Shown: piece after piece, positions 52,290 to 64,000 of the stretch
Layout of the letters: every line of letters begins with the position of its first letter
Numbering within the stretch: the stretch's first letter is position 1
DNA from: Chiloscyllium plagiosum
Taxonomy: Eukaryota
Length of the DNA stretch: 64,000 nucleotides
Reading direction: 5' to 3'
NCBI RefSeq assembly: GCF_004010195.1
Contig: NC_057734.1
Location: 45,209,605-45,273,604, forward strand
Program-made: the position numbers and the translations under genes
Notes under the pieces: model-generated
The model's database searches: none
What the model was told of the DNA's origin: nothing
The model's input: only the letters and a program-made list of their open reading frames with translations

Positions 52290-53147
52290 CCAATTGTTTG
52301 AGTAAGACTCAGTGCAGGGTAGATAAAGGGGAAACAGTGGATGAAATATATTTGGATTTTCAAAAACCTTTGAATAAGCGACCACATATGAGGATACTTT
52401 ATAAAATGAGAGCCTGTTTTGATGGGGTTGTACATTGGCATGGGCAGGGGATTAGCCAACTACTAGAAGACAGACAGTCAGAATAAGACATGATTGTCAG
52501 ATATGGACAGGTTAGTGAGTCGTAACAAAAACTTTGTAGGTGGAATGTAATGTGGGGAAATATGAGGCAATGCACCTTGGCAGGAAGAATGGAGGAATGA
52601 ATATTATTGAAATTGGGAAAGACTATTAGAAAGCTACAACACAGTGGAATTTGGAGGTCCAAATTCCAAAAAGCTAGCATTGAAGTTCAACAAGTCATAG
52701 TGAGGGCAAATGGAAGGTTGGCAATGATTGAAAAGGGAATAGTTTGGAAGGTTTATTTTATAAAGAAAGGCTGGGTAGGTTGGGATGTTTTTCACTGGCG
52801 TGTAGAAGGTTGAGGGATGTCCTTATAAGGGTTTGCAAAATGATGAGAAGTATAGCTAGGGTTAATGGTGGGTGTCATTTCCATAGGATAGGGGATTTCA
52901 AGACTAGGAGATGTATTTTTAAGGTGAGCGGAGAACGTTTTAAAAAAGATATGAGGAGCAATTTGTTTTACACAGAGTGTGGTTCACGTGTGGAATGAAC
53001 TTCCAGAGGAAGCAGTAGATGTGGGTCCATTTAAAAGAGGGATATGGACCAGGAGCAGGCAGGTGGGACTAGTTGAGTTTGGAATTATGGTTGGCATGGA
53101 CTAGTTGGAACAAAGGGTCTGTTTCTATACTGTATGACTCTGTGATT
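52290..53147 (+). mobile_element. Degenerate CR1 fragments
   Basis: VDEIYLDFQK; YKERLGRLGCFSLACRRLR; CR1 tail. Confidence 0.8.
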
Positions 53148-53243
53148 CTGGTATTTTAGTTCAGTTTCCAAAAGATCTGAACACGATTGGACAGTGCTGG
53201 GTTCTGAGAATGGGGTAGAACAAATATTGCCACTCAGTTACTG

Positions 53244-54338
53244 CACCACCCCCCACCTTTTCCTCCGCTACATCGATGACTGTATCGGCACCTTCCACCC
53301 CGACCTCAAATTCACCTGGACCGTCTCAGACTCCTCCCTCCCCTTCCTAGACCTTTTCATTTCTATCTCGGGCGACCGAATCAACACGGACATTTATTAT
53401 AAACCGACCGACTCCCATAGCTACCTAGACTACACCTCCTCCCACCCTGCCCCCTGTAAAAACGCCATCCCATATTCCCAATTCCTTCATCTCCGCTGCA
53501 TCTGCTCCCAGGAGGACCAGTTCGAAATCCGTACAACCCAGATGGCCTCCTTCTTCAAGGACCGCAATTTCCCNNNNNNNNNNNNNNNNNNNNNNNNNNN
53601 NNNNNNNNNNNNNNNNNNNNNNNNNNNNNNNNNNNNNNNNNNNNNNNNNNNNNNNNNNNNNNNNNNNNNNNNNNNNNNNNNNNNNNNNNNNNNNNNNNNN
53701 NNNNNNNNNNNNNNNNNNNNNNNNNNNNNNNNNNNNNNNNNNNNNNNNNNNNNNNNNNNNNNNNNNNNNNNNNNNNNNNNNNNNNNNNNNNNNNNNNNNN
53801 NNNNNNNNNNNNNNNNNNNNNNNNNNNNNNNNNNNNNNNNNNNNNNNNNNNNNNNNNNNNNNNNNNNNNNNNNNNNNNNNNNNNNNNNNNNNNNNNNNNN
53901 NNNNNNNNNNNNNNNNNNNNNNNNNNNNNNNNNNNNNNNNNNNNNNNNNNNNNNNNNNNNNNNNNNNNNNNNNNNNNNNNNNNNNNNNNNNNNNNNNNNN
54001 NNNNNNNNNNNNNNNNNNNNNNNNNNNNNNNNNNNNNNNNNNNNNNNNNNNNNNNNNNNNNNNNNNTCGAACTCAGCACCGCCTTCCTAACCTGCAATCT
54101 TCTTCCTGACCTCTCCGCCCCCACCCCACTCCGGCCTATCACCCTCACCTTGACCTCCTTCCACGTATCGCATTTCCAACGCCCCTCCCCCAAGTCCCTC
54201 CTCCCTACCTTTTATCTTAGCCTGCTGGACACACTTTCCTCATTCCTGAAGAAGGGCTTATGCCTGAAACGTTGGTTCTCCTGTTCCTTGGATGCTGCCT
54301 GACCTGCTGCGCTTTTCCAGCAACACATTTTCAACTTG
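53244..54338 (+). mobile_element. Penelope-like element (RT YIDD to tail), spanning a gap
   Basis: FLRYIDDC...LPFLDL...YYKPTDSHSYL; GTTACTG at both flanks; tail nearly identical to the element at 4425-5570. Confidence 0.88.
53574..54066. other. Assembly gap
   Basis: Run of N. Confidence 1.
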
Positions 54339-54375
54339 GTTACTGATGACCAATTACCAAACTGATCTGTTTTAA

Positions 54376-57300
54376 ACTCTTCAACTGTAGACCTTTCAGA
54401 GTCTGTGTCTTTTAGAATCTCTCTGAAAAACGCCAAGAACAAGATTACATTGTTAAAGAAGCAGCATCATCACATTTTCTCTCTTTAAAAAAGAACTATC
54501 AATATTCAAAGGTAGCTTCATTTCAAAACTCTTTAATCCTAAATTGGCGGTATGCTACACCACACATATAGAAACATGCTAACAGGTACCACTACATTCT
54601 GTTGCTGTCTGTTTTACTCCTGCCACTGAATGCCTCCATTTCTTATCCACATCTCATCAATCAGTTTGCAATTACGTTTTCTCAATCTGCCACATGCCCA
54701 ATTTTCAAATTGAATGGCTGTACCAACAAGCTCCATCTAAACAGTCTGGCATTTTTGTCCTTCAATTTCTCCACAAACCTCAATGGGCTATGATCAGTGC
54801 ACATGATTGTCTCAGATTCGTTACTGGCAATATAAACACTGAAATGTTGCAATGCCAACACCAGGCTCAAGTTTTCTTCCCAGCCGTCGAATATTTCTGC
54901 TGCTGAATGTTCAATTTCCTGGAGAAATACCCAATAGATCTTTCAATCTTCTCGTCGTCTTCCTGCAAGAGCACAACATCAACACCCACATCACCTGCAT
55001 CGATAGCCACCTTGAATGGCTTTGCGTAATTAGGTGTGCCTTATGCAGGGGCAGTAGTTAACACAGCTTTCAGGCTGTCACATTCCTTCTGACAGTTCAC
55101 TGTCCACTGAGACGTCTTGCCTTTCTTTAGTAATTCAGTGAGAGGAGCAGACACACTGCTAATATTTGGTACAAATGTTGTATAAAATCCAATCAATCTC
55201 AGGAATTGTAGTACTGCTCTTTTTGTCGATGGTGTGGGAAATTTCCCACCACGTTTGTTTTAGCATCTCCTGGGGCCATTTGTCCATATCCAATAACATG
55301 ACCCAGGAAGGTGACTTGGGCTTTGGCAAATTTACTTTCAGTCAGGTTTATCACGAATGCTGCCTCCCGAAGTCGATAGAACAAGTCTGATAAATGTTGC
55401 AAATGTTACTTCTAGTGGACACATCCATTATTGCTAACAAATACTGCCTCCCACTTTTTAATTTAGGCAGAAGTCTTATACAACTAATTCAAACTTTTGT
55501 ACAAGGTCCATCAAATGCAGGAATACATATTTAGGGTGTAGGTTTTATTGCTTCCTGTGGTTTTCCAGTTGTCTGACATAATTGATATGTCTGCAAAATA
55601 CAACTACATTCTTGTGCATTCCAGGTCAGTAAAAATATTTTTGTAGTTTAGCTTGAGTTTTTCTTACTCCTAAATGGTAGGTCATGCACCACTCACACCA
55701 CCTCCTTTCTAGAACACACTGGCAATATGATTTGATGAACTTCTGCCTATTTCCCATCTGCTGGAATATGTGATTGTCTCCATTTCCTCATTAAGACATC
55801 ATATTTACATTAATAATATTCAGGGACACATTTGGATCTTTTTCTGTTTATGCCCTTTGATACAATTGCTTCAAACTTCATCATTCTACTGTAATTCAGT
55901 TAATTTATCTGAGCTAAAGATTTCTCCATTTTCTCTATCTGATCCTATTTTCTGTCAACGATCTGATCAAACAGGGTCTCTGCTAATTCCACTTGAACTT
56001 TTTTATCTGTACACTTTGATCTCTTTTGTTTCAACTGGTGACTTTGTGACCTCGTTACCACACTGTCAGGAAAAATCCCAGAATATGTGTCCTGCAATAG
56101 TTCAGTTGACTGAGTTTCCACTGGCCTTTCAACCACAGTAGACAGAACCCCCATTCCTGGGGCCAAGAGTTTGTCCAGTACTCCTGCCATGATTTCACCA
56201 CTCTTCAATCTAACCTCACTTCACATAATTGAGTGCTCTTGTCTCACCGTGAATTCCAATCACTAGCACCCTTTCTGGCAGTTGTCCTTTAGAAGTACAT
56301 ATCTCATCATCTTTCAGCATCACAGATTGAGAGGATCCTGTGCCTCTTAATATTGCAACCTCTTTGCCTGCTGCTCCTGGCCTATGCGAGTAAATGATAG
56401 CTTTGCAGGTATGCAGTTTAAGAAGATCTGGCACTTCTTCCTTTACAACCTCTGACCAGCTTGTATATTCTGTTGCAGCTTTCAAACTCCACCATGCTTT
56501 CTGTTACCACTCTAATAAAATTCACTGGCTTATCCTGTTTTCCTACATCTGGCTTCCCAGTGCTTTCCCTAAACCTTTTAACTTCTCTGTCCCCTTCAAG
56601 GGCTTCCTTTTTTCCCCTGTGGTAAGTTATCCTGATGATCTTCTCCAAGATCTACCTTTCTCTTTCCAGGCGAGGATTTCTATTTTCCCCAATTTCTATC
56701 CCTCACAGGATGAAATTGACTTTGGTTGCCTAACTTTGCTCTATGGACCAATTCATAATCATCAGTCATTTCAACTGCTAATCTTGCCATTCTAACTCTC
56801 TGCTCTTCCACATGGGTTCTCACTACTTCACGAAATCGAGTTTTGAACTCCTCCAAAATAATCATCCCTCTAAGAACGTCATAGGCTTGCTCTAGTTTCA
56901 ATGCCCTTTTCCACCTATCAAAATTACTGTTTGATCCTTTCAAACTCAATGTAAGTTTAAGCAGAGACCCTTCTTAATTTCCTGAAAAGTTGTCTGTAGG
57001 CTTCAGGCACGAGTTCATATGCACTTAAGATGGCTGTCTTCACCTCCTCGTGCGCCCAATATACCTCCTCTGATAGTGATGTAATCACCTCACTAGTTTT
57101 ACATACAAGTTTTGTTTGGATCAACAAAACTCACATGGTCACTGGTCACCACATTTGTTTAGCCACATTTTTAAATAAGATGAAAAAGACTTCCACATCC
57201 ATATCATTAAATTTAGGCAAAGCTTGAATACGTTCAAATAATTTCTCACCATGCCTTTGGTTACCATGAGTTTGCTTTTCCTCACCCTCTTCCTCGCAAA

Positions 57301-58715
57301 GCTTACCTTCAGCTCCATGCTCTTAGATTAGATTACTTACAATGTGGAAACAGGCCCTTCGGCCCACCAAGCCCACACCGCTCCAACGAAGCGCAACCCA
57401 CCCATACCTCTAACCTAACACTACGGGCAATTTATCGTGGCCAATTCACCTGACCTGCACATCTTTGGACTGTGGGAGGAAACCGGACACGGGAAGAACG
57501 TGCAAACTCCACACAGTCAGTCGCCTGAGGCGGGAATTGAACCCGGGTCTCTAGTACTGTGAGGTAGCAGTGCTAACCACTGTGCCACCGTGCCACCCAT
57601 AAAAGCCGACTATCCTGTCTAAGTGCCAATTTCTGAAGCTCAAACTCTGTCTCTATGTCTCTCTCTTCAGCCGACACAATTCGTTCTTTTTCTCTTTCCC
57701 CTGCTTTTAATTACAATTCCTTGTCCAATGTCTCTAACTCAAGCTGCTTCATTTTCCATTGAATTTTAACCATTTCTAGAGGCTCTGATGGTGTTTCCAG
57801 CAAATTTAAATGCTGACCTATTGCTAAAATAGTCTGTTCTTTTCTCATGGAAGGAGACAGCTCCAACCCCAGCTTGTCTGCTAATTCCAGCAGTTTAGCC
57901 TTTATCACTTTTTGCAATACTGCCAAGGTCACTTCTTCCACTCCCAGAAAACTGTTGGTGACTGAAAGGTCCATTGTTATCCCTAGCACCATTTAAACCA
58001 ACTGAAGTCAACACCCGGAACAAAAGTCAGTAACACCTACCATTCTCTCCCTTTGAGCCCAACAATCCTAATTCCAATTTGGAACTACAGAACATATTCC
58101 ATAAAGACCCCTCAATCTGTTATGGGCCAAGCCAGACTCTCTCAAAACATTGCAAGAAAGTAGCTCAGACCCTAAATTTGCCACTTGTTTTAAGCAGGTG
58201 TAATGCAGATATTCCAGGAGTGATGCAGCTGAACAAACCACTTATTTTTTAAAAAAACAGAATTTATTTACAAGATTACTGAAAGAAACACACACAAAAG
58301 AAAACAGAATGCCAATAATTTAACGTATCCATAAACCTAACAGCTCATCCCAACTTAATTATGCTGTTCCAAATACTAGCAACTTGGCATAAAAGGTAAA
58401 ATCAAACATAGGGTCTCACAGGACAGAAGTCAGAGAGAGAGTACCAGTCTGAAACTGCTTCTTTCGGTTCAGCAGCATTTTCACACTACTACTAAAAACC
58501 AAGCAATACCAGAGTACACCAGAGCTGGGAGAATTGGCCACACAAGTGTTTTATTTAAAACTTGACAGCTTTCTGCCCGAGGCAGCATCAGTTAACTATT
58601 ATCAAATTTGCCCTGAAAGTCTTCAACCACAGACATTTCTGAGTCTGTCTTTTGCAACCTCTGAAAAAATAAGCCAAGAACACCATACCCTTGTTAAAGA
58701 AGCAGCATCATCACA
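54376..58715 (-). mobile_element. Degenerate Gypsy LTR retrotransposon, Gmr1-like (gag-PR-IN-RT-RH)
   Basis: 5' LTR 58118-58715 (TG...CA); SCAN-like gag IILEEFK; PR ILRGTGSSQS; IN HHCC region ~55560-55700; RT VTFLGHVIG; RH TDHSPL..RWSLLVQ; purine tract and partial 3' LTR 54376-54474. Confidence 0.85.
57323..57598 (-). mobile_element. HE1-type SINE nested in the Gypsy gag region
   Basis: Reverse complement of the same family as 38706-39017. Confidence 0.88.
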
Positions 58716-59194
58716 CAGTGAAATTCTCTTCAATAATGATCACACTGTCCTGACTTATAGCCTGTCACTCCTGCAATGTATAAAAAAATTCAAAGGTGAC
58801 ACAACTCTTTAGATTAAACATCAGTTTGACCAAAACCAAACCAATTCATTACTCTGCATTCCAAGCCAAATATAAACTACTCAGCATTGTCATCTGGAAA
58901 CGCAGTTGAATGCCATCAAACAATTTACCTGTTTAGAGAGGGTAATCTCATTTGACGCCACCACAGTCAAGAAAATGATCTACAGGCTTTAGAAAAACAA
59001 ATCGCATATTCAGAACAGGTGCAGCTGAAACTCAAAGTGAACTAAGATGCAACAATAATCACTGCTCTGCCTGATGTTGAGACATGGGGTTCTACCTCGA
59101 CCTCATATACACATTCCCTGCCACAGCATCCTCAAGATCTGCCCGCCGTAGGACCATAGAACAAACACTGAAGTCTTGGAAACAGCTAATATTA

Positions 59195-60105
59195 CCAGCA
59201 TCAAAGTCAGTCATCTCAGCTCCAGGACATCCCTGCAGGAGCTCCTCGGGGTAATTTCTAGGTACAACCATCGTTAGCTACTTTATCAATGGTCCTTCCT
59301 CCATCATAAGGTCAGAAGTGGAAATGCTTGCTGATCCTTGCTCAACGTTCAGCACCATTCATAACTCTTCAGATACTGAAGCAGTCCATGTTCAAATGAA
59401 ACAAGTTCTACAGATATCCTGGCTTGGGCTAAGAAGTGGTAAGTAATATTCATGCTACACAAATGACAGGTAATGACCATCTCCAATAAGAAACAGTTTA
59501 ACTACTGATGGTTGATATTCAATTATGCTGTCATCACGGAATTCCCCACGATACCCATCCGGGGGATTATTACTAACAAGAAACTGAGCTGGACTCACCA
59601 TGTAAGCATGATGTCGACAAGAGCAGGTCAAAGACTAGGAATACTGTAGCGAGCACCTATCCCAAGACCCTCAAAACATGTTTATCATCTACAATTCACA
59701 AGTCGGGAGTGTGACGGAACACTCACTACGTGCCTGGATGGATGTAGCTCCAACAACACTAAAGAAGTTTGAAACCATCCAGAACAAAGCAGCCTGCTGA
59801 ATTAGCACCCCATCCAAAAGCATCCATTCCCTCCACCACCAAATCTCTCACACAGCAGAGTGTATTATCCATAAGATGCACTGTAGAAATTCAGCAAAAT
59901 GCCCTTAGATAGCATCTTCCAAAGCCATGACCACTTCCTTCCAGAAGGACAAAGGCAGCAGATATATGGGAACACAACGACCTGCAAGTTCCCCTCCAAG
60001 CCAATCACCATGTTAACTTGGAAAACAATATCACTGTTCCGATGGGGCAATAAGGGGTGGGCAATAAATGTTGGCCAGCCGGCTACGCCCACGTCCCATG
60101 AATGA
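59195..60105 (+). mobile_element. Old LINE RT/3' fragment (paralogs 9090-9300 and 33810-34525)
   Basis: Degenerate RT-like sequence (…ETIQNKAA…) and a CCCATGAATGA end. Confidence 0.6.
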
Positions 60106-62631
60106 TTCTTTTTTTAAACTAGCCATTCTGAAGATGGGGAAATACTTGTTTGAAGGGATAGCAAGCAAGGGTTGTACTTACCTGGACAAAGTTTAGAAAT
60201 TGCTTAAAATTACTCTAAAACTATGTGTGAGTTATTACAATCCTCGGCAGACAGTGGAACTGGGTGATTAGGTCTTGAAAACATTGTGGAGAAAGGTTGG
60301 TGTAGTGTTTTCCTCTTCATGAGTGTTCAGACTAGGAGGCTCAGGGACAATGTGCTATCCACTACCATCTGACATTGGCAACGGGTGAATTAGATTGTTG
60401 CAACTAATGAGCATCTGCCAAGCAATCTGAACAATACAAAATGGCAAGGGAAAAGTTGCTTTGATAGGAAGACATTTTGCTTTTACATTCATGATATTCA
60501 TTCGAACAAATGTTCAGTCTCAAATGATAGATCTGAACTGATGAGCTTGATTCTGCATCTGATTCGAATAGTCAATGTAAAGGAAAAGAAAATCACTTCA
60601 GTCTGTTAAAGAAGTACGATCTTTTGAAATTGAAAAGTGTGGGTTAAGAGCCTGAGAGAAAACAGCACGAACCCATGGCGAGATGATTGTGTTGGTACAT
60701 TCTACGTAAATAGCGAGAGAGGGGGCGGTGCTGACAGGTTCTCTCAGCAACATAAACAATGTGACTTGTTAGAATTATTACATTCAATGAAACAATTTCG
60801 GACTGAGATCTCATGTATTACACCTGAGCAGTGTGGGAGGGTCTTCATGACAGCCAGACTGTGTTGACAATTTGCCAGATCGGGGAGGTCTCTGGAATAT
60901 AAGATTGATGAACCTGCAACGGGAAACAAGAGGTTGGAGAGCCTTCGGGTTGGGGGGGGGGGGGGGGAGATTTTGGCATGTAAGGACAGGCGATGAGCTA
61001 TGATGCATGTAACATTCAAGAAGCTTGATACCACTCAGAACAAAGCAGCCTGCTTGATTTGCCCTACATCTGCAAACATTCACTCCCACTAACATGGGCT
61101 GTCAGTAGCAGCTGTGCATACCATGCACAAAATACTTTACAGAAATCCATTAGCCTCGTTAGACAGCACATTCCAAATTCACCACCACTAGCATCTAAAA
61201 GGACAAAGGCAACATATACAAAGGTAGCACCACCATCTGCAATTTCCCCACGAAGTCACTCACTATATTGTCATTTCTTCAGTGATGCTGGGCCAAAATC
61301 CTGGAACTCCTTCATCACATCATTGGTCCACAGCAGTTGAATAACGTTGCCCACATCACCTTCTCAAAGGCAATTCGAGATAGGTGATAGAAGCTGGCCT
61401 ACATATCAAAGCCTACAATCCCATGTTTCTTTTGCCTGAAACAAGACGGCATTGGTATTGGGAATAAGAGGGACAACGTGTTAGATGCACTTCTGAGGAT
61501 GTATTGAGGTATCTTCAATGAAACTTGGGTCACCAGGGAAATAAGATTCATTCTGCCCTGCTTGGTGATAAATCGGCCCTGATGAGACGTACAATGATCA
61601 ATCGCCTCGTTATATGAACAGCACTGGGATGAATATCAACGCAGCTCGCCCAACACTAGTCGACTTCTTGGTCATAGCTCTCTGTCACTCGCCTGGTGAA
61701 AATAGGACTTCCCGATTAAAGCCCAGGTCCATAATCGAACTCTTGTCCTTCCCATTGACATATTCATCCACAACGATTAACATTGAAGATTATCCCAGAC
61801 TCTCTACATTTTGACACACTCATATCACCGATTCTTATAGGTTCTCAACCTTGAAATTGGTCCCTGCTATTTGTTTAATGCCTCGGATATTTTTTTTCTC
61901 TTTGCTCTGGTTTTACCTTCTTTGCCCAATATGCGCACCTTCACTTTCACTATTCTTTCTTAACTTATTTACATTTAGAGCCGTTAAGTCTGTTTATTCA
62001 ATAGCTCATGCTTTGCAAAACTACTCTCCAGCGCATTCCTCTCCGTTTACCAATTGCTTCGTGTTCCTTTATTGAATGCTAAAATTCTCAGGCATGGTAC
62101 CCTATGATAAATATAAGACGTCTCTTTTTTTTTAATCTATGCAAATATAGCTACACACAGTCGCAATCACCTTATGACAGGTACTCTTTTGGACCATGCG
62201 GAACATTATGTTTCTTCAGACCGTTGAGCACTTTGCACGATTTACTTCCGGGGGTCGAAAAGTACTGACATCGCAATAGATTTGACTCATTTTGACAGAA
62301 ATGAAAGACGCCGAAATGAACGATGGATTTGACGTTCGATCAATTGTTTTATTGAACTGCGGTATTGGGATAGATTCAGAATGGTTAAATACTTAAGACA
62401 CAGTCTGTTCCTGTCTTTTATTCAGATGTATAGATGCAAACTAATAATCATTGGCATTTCGGTTAACACGGCGAGATTGTAAAAACCGGTTTCTTTTCCG
62501 GAAGTTTCCGGCGCGATGAACATTTTTTTTAAATTAACCGGAATGCAAATAATTTCGACCGTATTGTTACATGGGAGGCATGAACAGGAATAAACAAGCT
62601 TTCTCAACTGAGACAAGTGGAGTTTCCGAAA

Positions 62632-63230
62632 TCACATACAGCTCGATCTCGAGATACTTGTCTGAAACGGAGTTCTCCGAGTCTCGTGTTTAACCCCACA
62701 GGAGTAACGCTCGTGTCAGTTCCACTCTGAGGCTGACAGGGTCAGATAGCTGTTCAGGAGTCCGCGGCGTCTCCCGATTCAACTCTGCTGATACCTAAAA
62801 TTCCTGCGTTGCCGGAGACAGAGCCCGAAAACCGGTCTGGAACACCTTGAGGCTCTGTTCGTGCTGCTGCTGACCCAATGTTTAAGCAGATGCCGAGGAG
62901 CATTTCCAGATTTCTGTTGATACCAATGAATGGTGGCGCTTCCTAAGGAGGCACCAGACGGAGTGCAACTAACCTGGACGGTCCCTCCCCGGGGGAAGTC
63001 GGTTGGTTTACCGCAATCTCTGCGCTCGAAACTGGAGGGAAAAAAACAAGCATCAGGAACCTTACTGCTGTGTACTTTGGTCAATTATTGAAACTATTGA
63101 ATATATACGCATTGGAAAGATCACCCCAAACAATCTCCACAAAATGGATTTCACAGTAGATCTAAATGTGAGAACACCCACCTGCAAGGCAGAAACAGAA
63201 AACAACAGTAAGACGTGCCCAGTCGGACGT
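62632..63230 (-). pseudogene. IGL: Ig light chain pseudogene 3: leader 63182-63230 (ATG>ACG), V 62759-63031 fused to C remnant 62632-62756
   Basis: Start codon ACG; 12-bp deletion plus +2 and +1 insertions in V; V stops just before YYC and is joined through 'GG' to the C exon at the V-S-S-Y codons; CDR3, J, the J-C intron and the 5' two-thirds of C are absent. Confidence 0.92.
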
Positions 63231-63305
63231 GGTGAAAGGTTTAACCAGGCTGAGATGCACTGAGAGCTGTTTAACAAATTGGATTTAGTACCTGAAAGGT
63301 TAACT

Positions 63306-63358
63306 CTTTTAATAAGACCGGACACCAAGAAGGTGTTGCCCTTTGCTGGTATGCATAT
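63306..63358 (-). promoter_or_regulatory. Degenerate gene 3 promoter (octamer reads ATGCATAT on the plus strand, 63351-63358)
   Basis: Positionally homologous to the promoters of genes 1 and 2, with a single substitution in the octamer. Confidence 0.75.
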
Positions 63359-64000
63359 TAATAATTTCATCTCACCCAATCAGTCTCTGAAACCTAAAGA
63401 CAATCTCAAAATCCCTTCAGCGAACAGCAAATACACGGAGGGTAATAGAAAATCAAAATGCAGAGGTTGCGGAAATTCTAAGATTAAACAGAAAATACAT
63501 GTCTATATCAGTGCAGGAAATATCATAGAGCGAGAAACTGGATCCATATTTCATTTCGTGACCTTTCTATAGAAGCTCAACTTGCCAAAAGCCTTACCAC
63601 GCTCCCAACGTGTATTCTGTGCGATCTATATTGCTAAAATTGATTTGAATCCTCGAAACGAGCACAATAAAAGATGTCAGAAACAGATGTAACATTTTGA
63701 GTCCAGCGACTTGTTCAGTTCCAAAGATCGTGAAACGTCACTTTTCTTTTCTCCACAGACGCTGCCAGACCTGCTGTGTTTCTCCAACGCTGTATGTTTT
63801 GTTTATGATTTTCAGCATTCGCAGCATTTTATGTTTATATAAAAAATATAATTTAGCCTCTTTGACACATCTACCCAACACTCAAATGTCACAGTGTTCC
63901 GGGTAAAGTGATGGGCTCCAGTCCTCCCAGCAATGGCTCCGACGCCACAACGCAGAATAATTGGTCACTGGGAAGGACAGTTATACTCACTGATATTGCC

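Larger units (their letters stand above)
25829..53243. repeat. Tandem segmental duplication unit 2 (approximate)
   Basis: Colinear with unit 1; 50930-51365 and 53150-53243 match 24825-25358. Confidence 0.8.
53244..64000. repeat. Tandem segmental duplication unit 3 (partial, internally deleted)
   Basis: 58345-64000 is colinear with 7926-19135, with deletions. Confidence 0.8.

Noticed and set aside
62632-63031. Processed (retro) pseudogene explanation for gene 3
   Set aside because: The leader intron, promoter and genomic flanks are retained, and the junction is not at splice sites.
63858-63896. Possible relic RSS upstream of the promoter (CACAGTG at 63890-63896; CGCAGTG at 19039-19045)
   Set aside because: The best nonamer match is only about 5/9 at a 24-bp spacing, there is no adjacent V/J coding sequence, and the segment is deleted in gene 2.

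Overview
Eukaryotic, repeat-rich DNA from a cartilaginous fish (shark), inferred from HE1-type SINEs, CR1 LINEs, Penelope-like elements (PLEs) and the Ig cluster organisation. The window holds three tandem ~22-26 kb duplication units. Each carries one minus-strand immunoglobulin light-chain mini-cluster (octamer/TATA promoter, leader exon, germline-joined VJ exon with no RSS, C exon), whose C region resembles shark lambda/type II. Gene 2 (36979-41202) is fully intact. Gene 1 (14765-18355) has an intact promoter, leader and VJ but a C exon with a premature TAG, a +1 frameshift and a mutated proximal polyA signal. Gene 3 (62632-63230) is a multiply disabled pseudogene in which V FR3 is fused directly to the 3' third of C. 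Between the genes lie nested CR1, PLE, HE1 SINE and a Gmr1-type Gypsy LTR element. Other signals: about 17-18 minimal hammerhead-ribozyme motifs carried by PLE tails and by short fold-back non-autonomous elements with 12-15 bp TSDs, a strong CTCF-like motif upstream of genes 1 and 2, a conserved octamer in the 3'UTR of all three genes, and several traceable rearrangements. There are three N gaps. All alignments were done by eye, and family names rest on recalled motifs rather than database searches.
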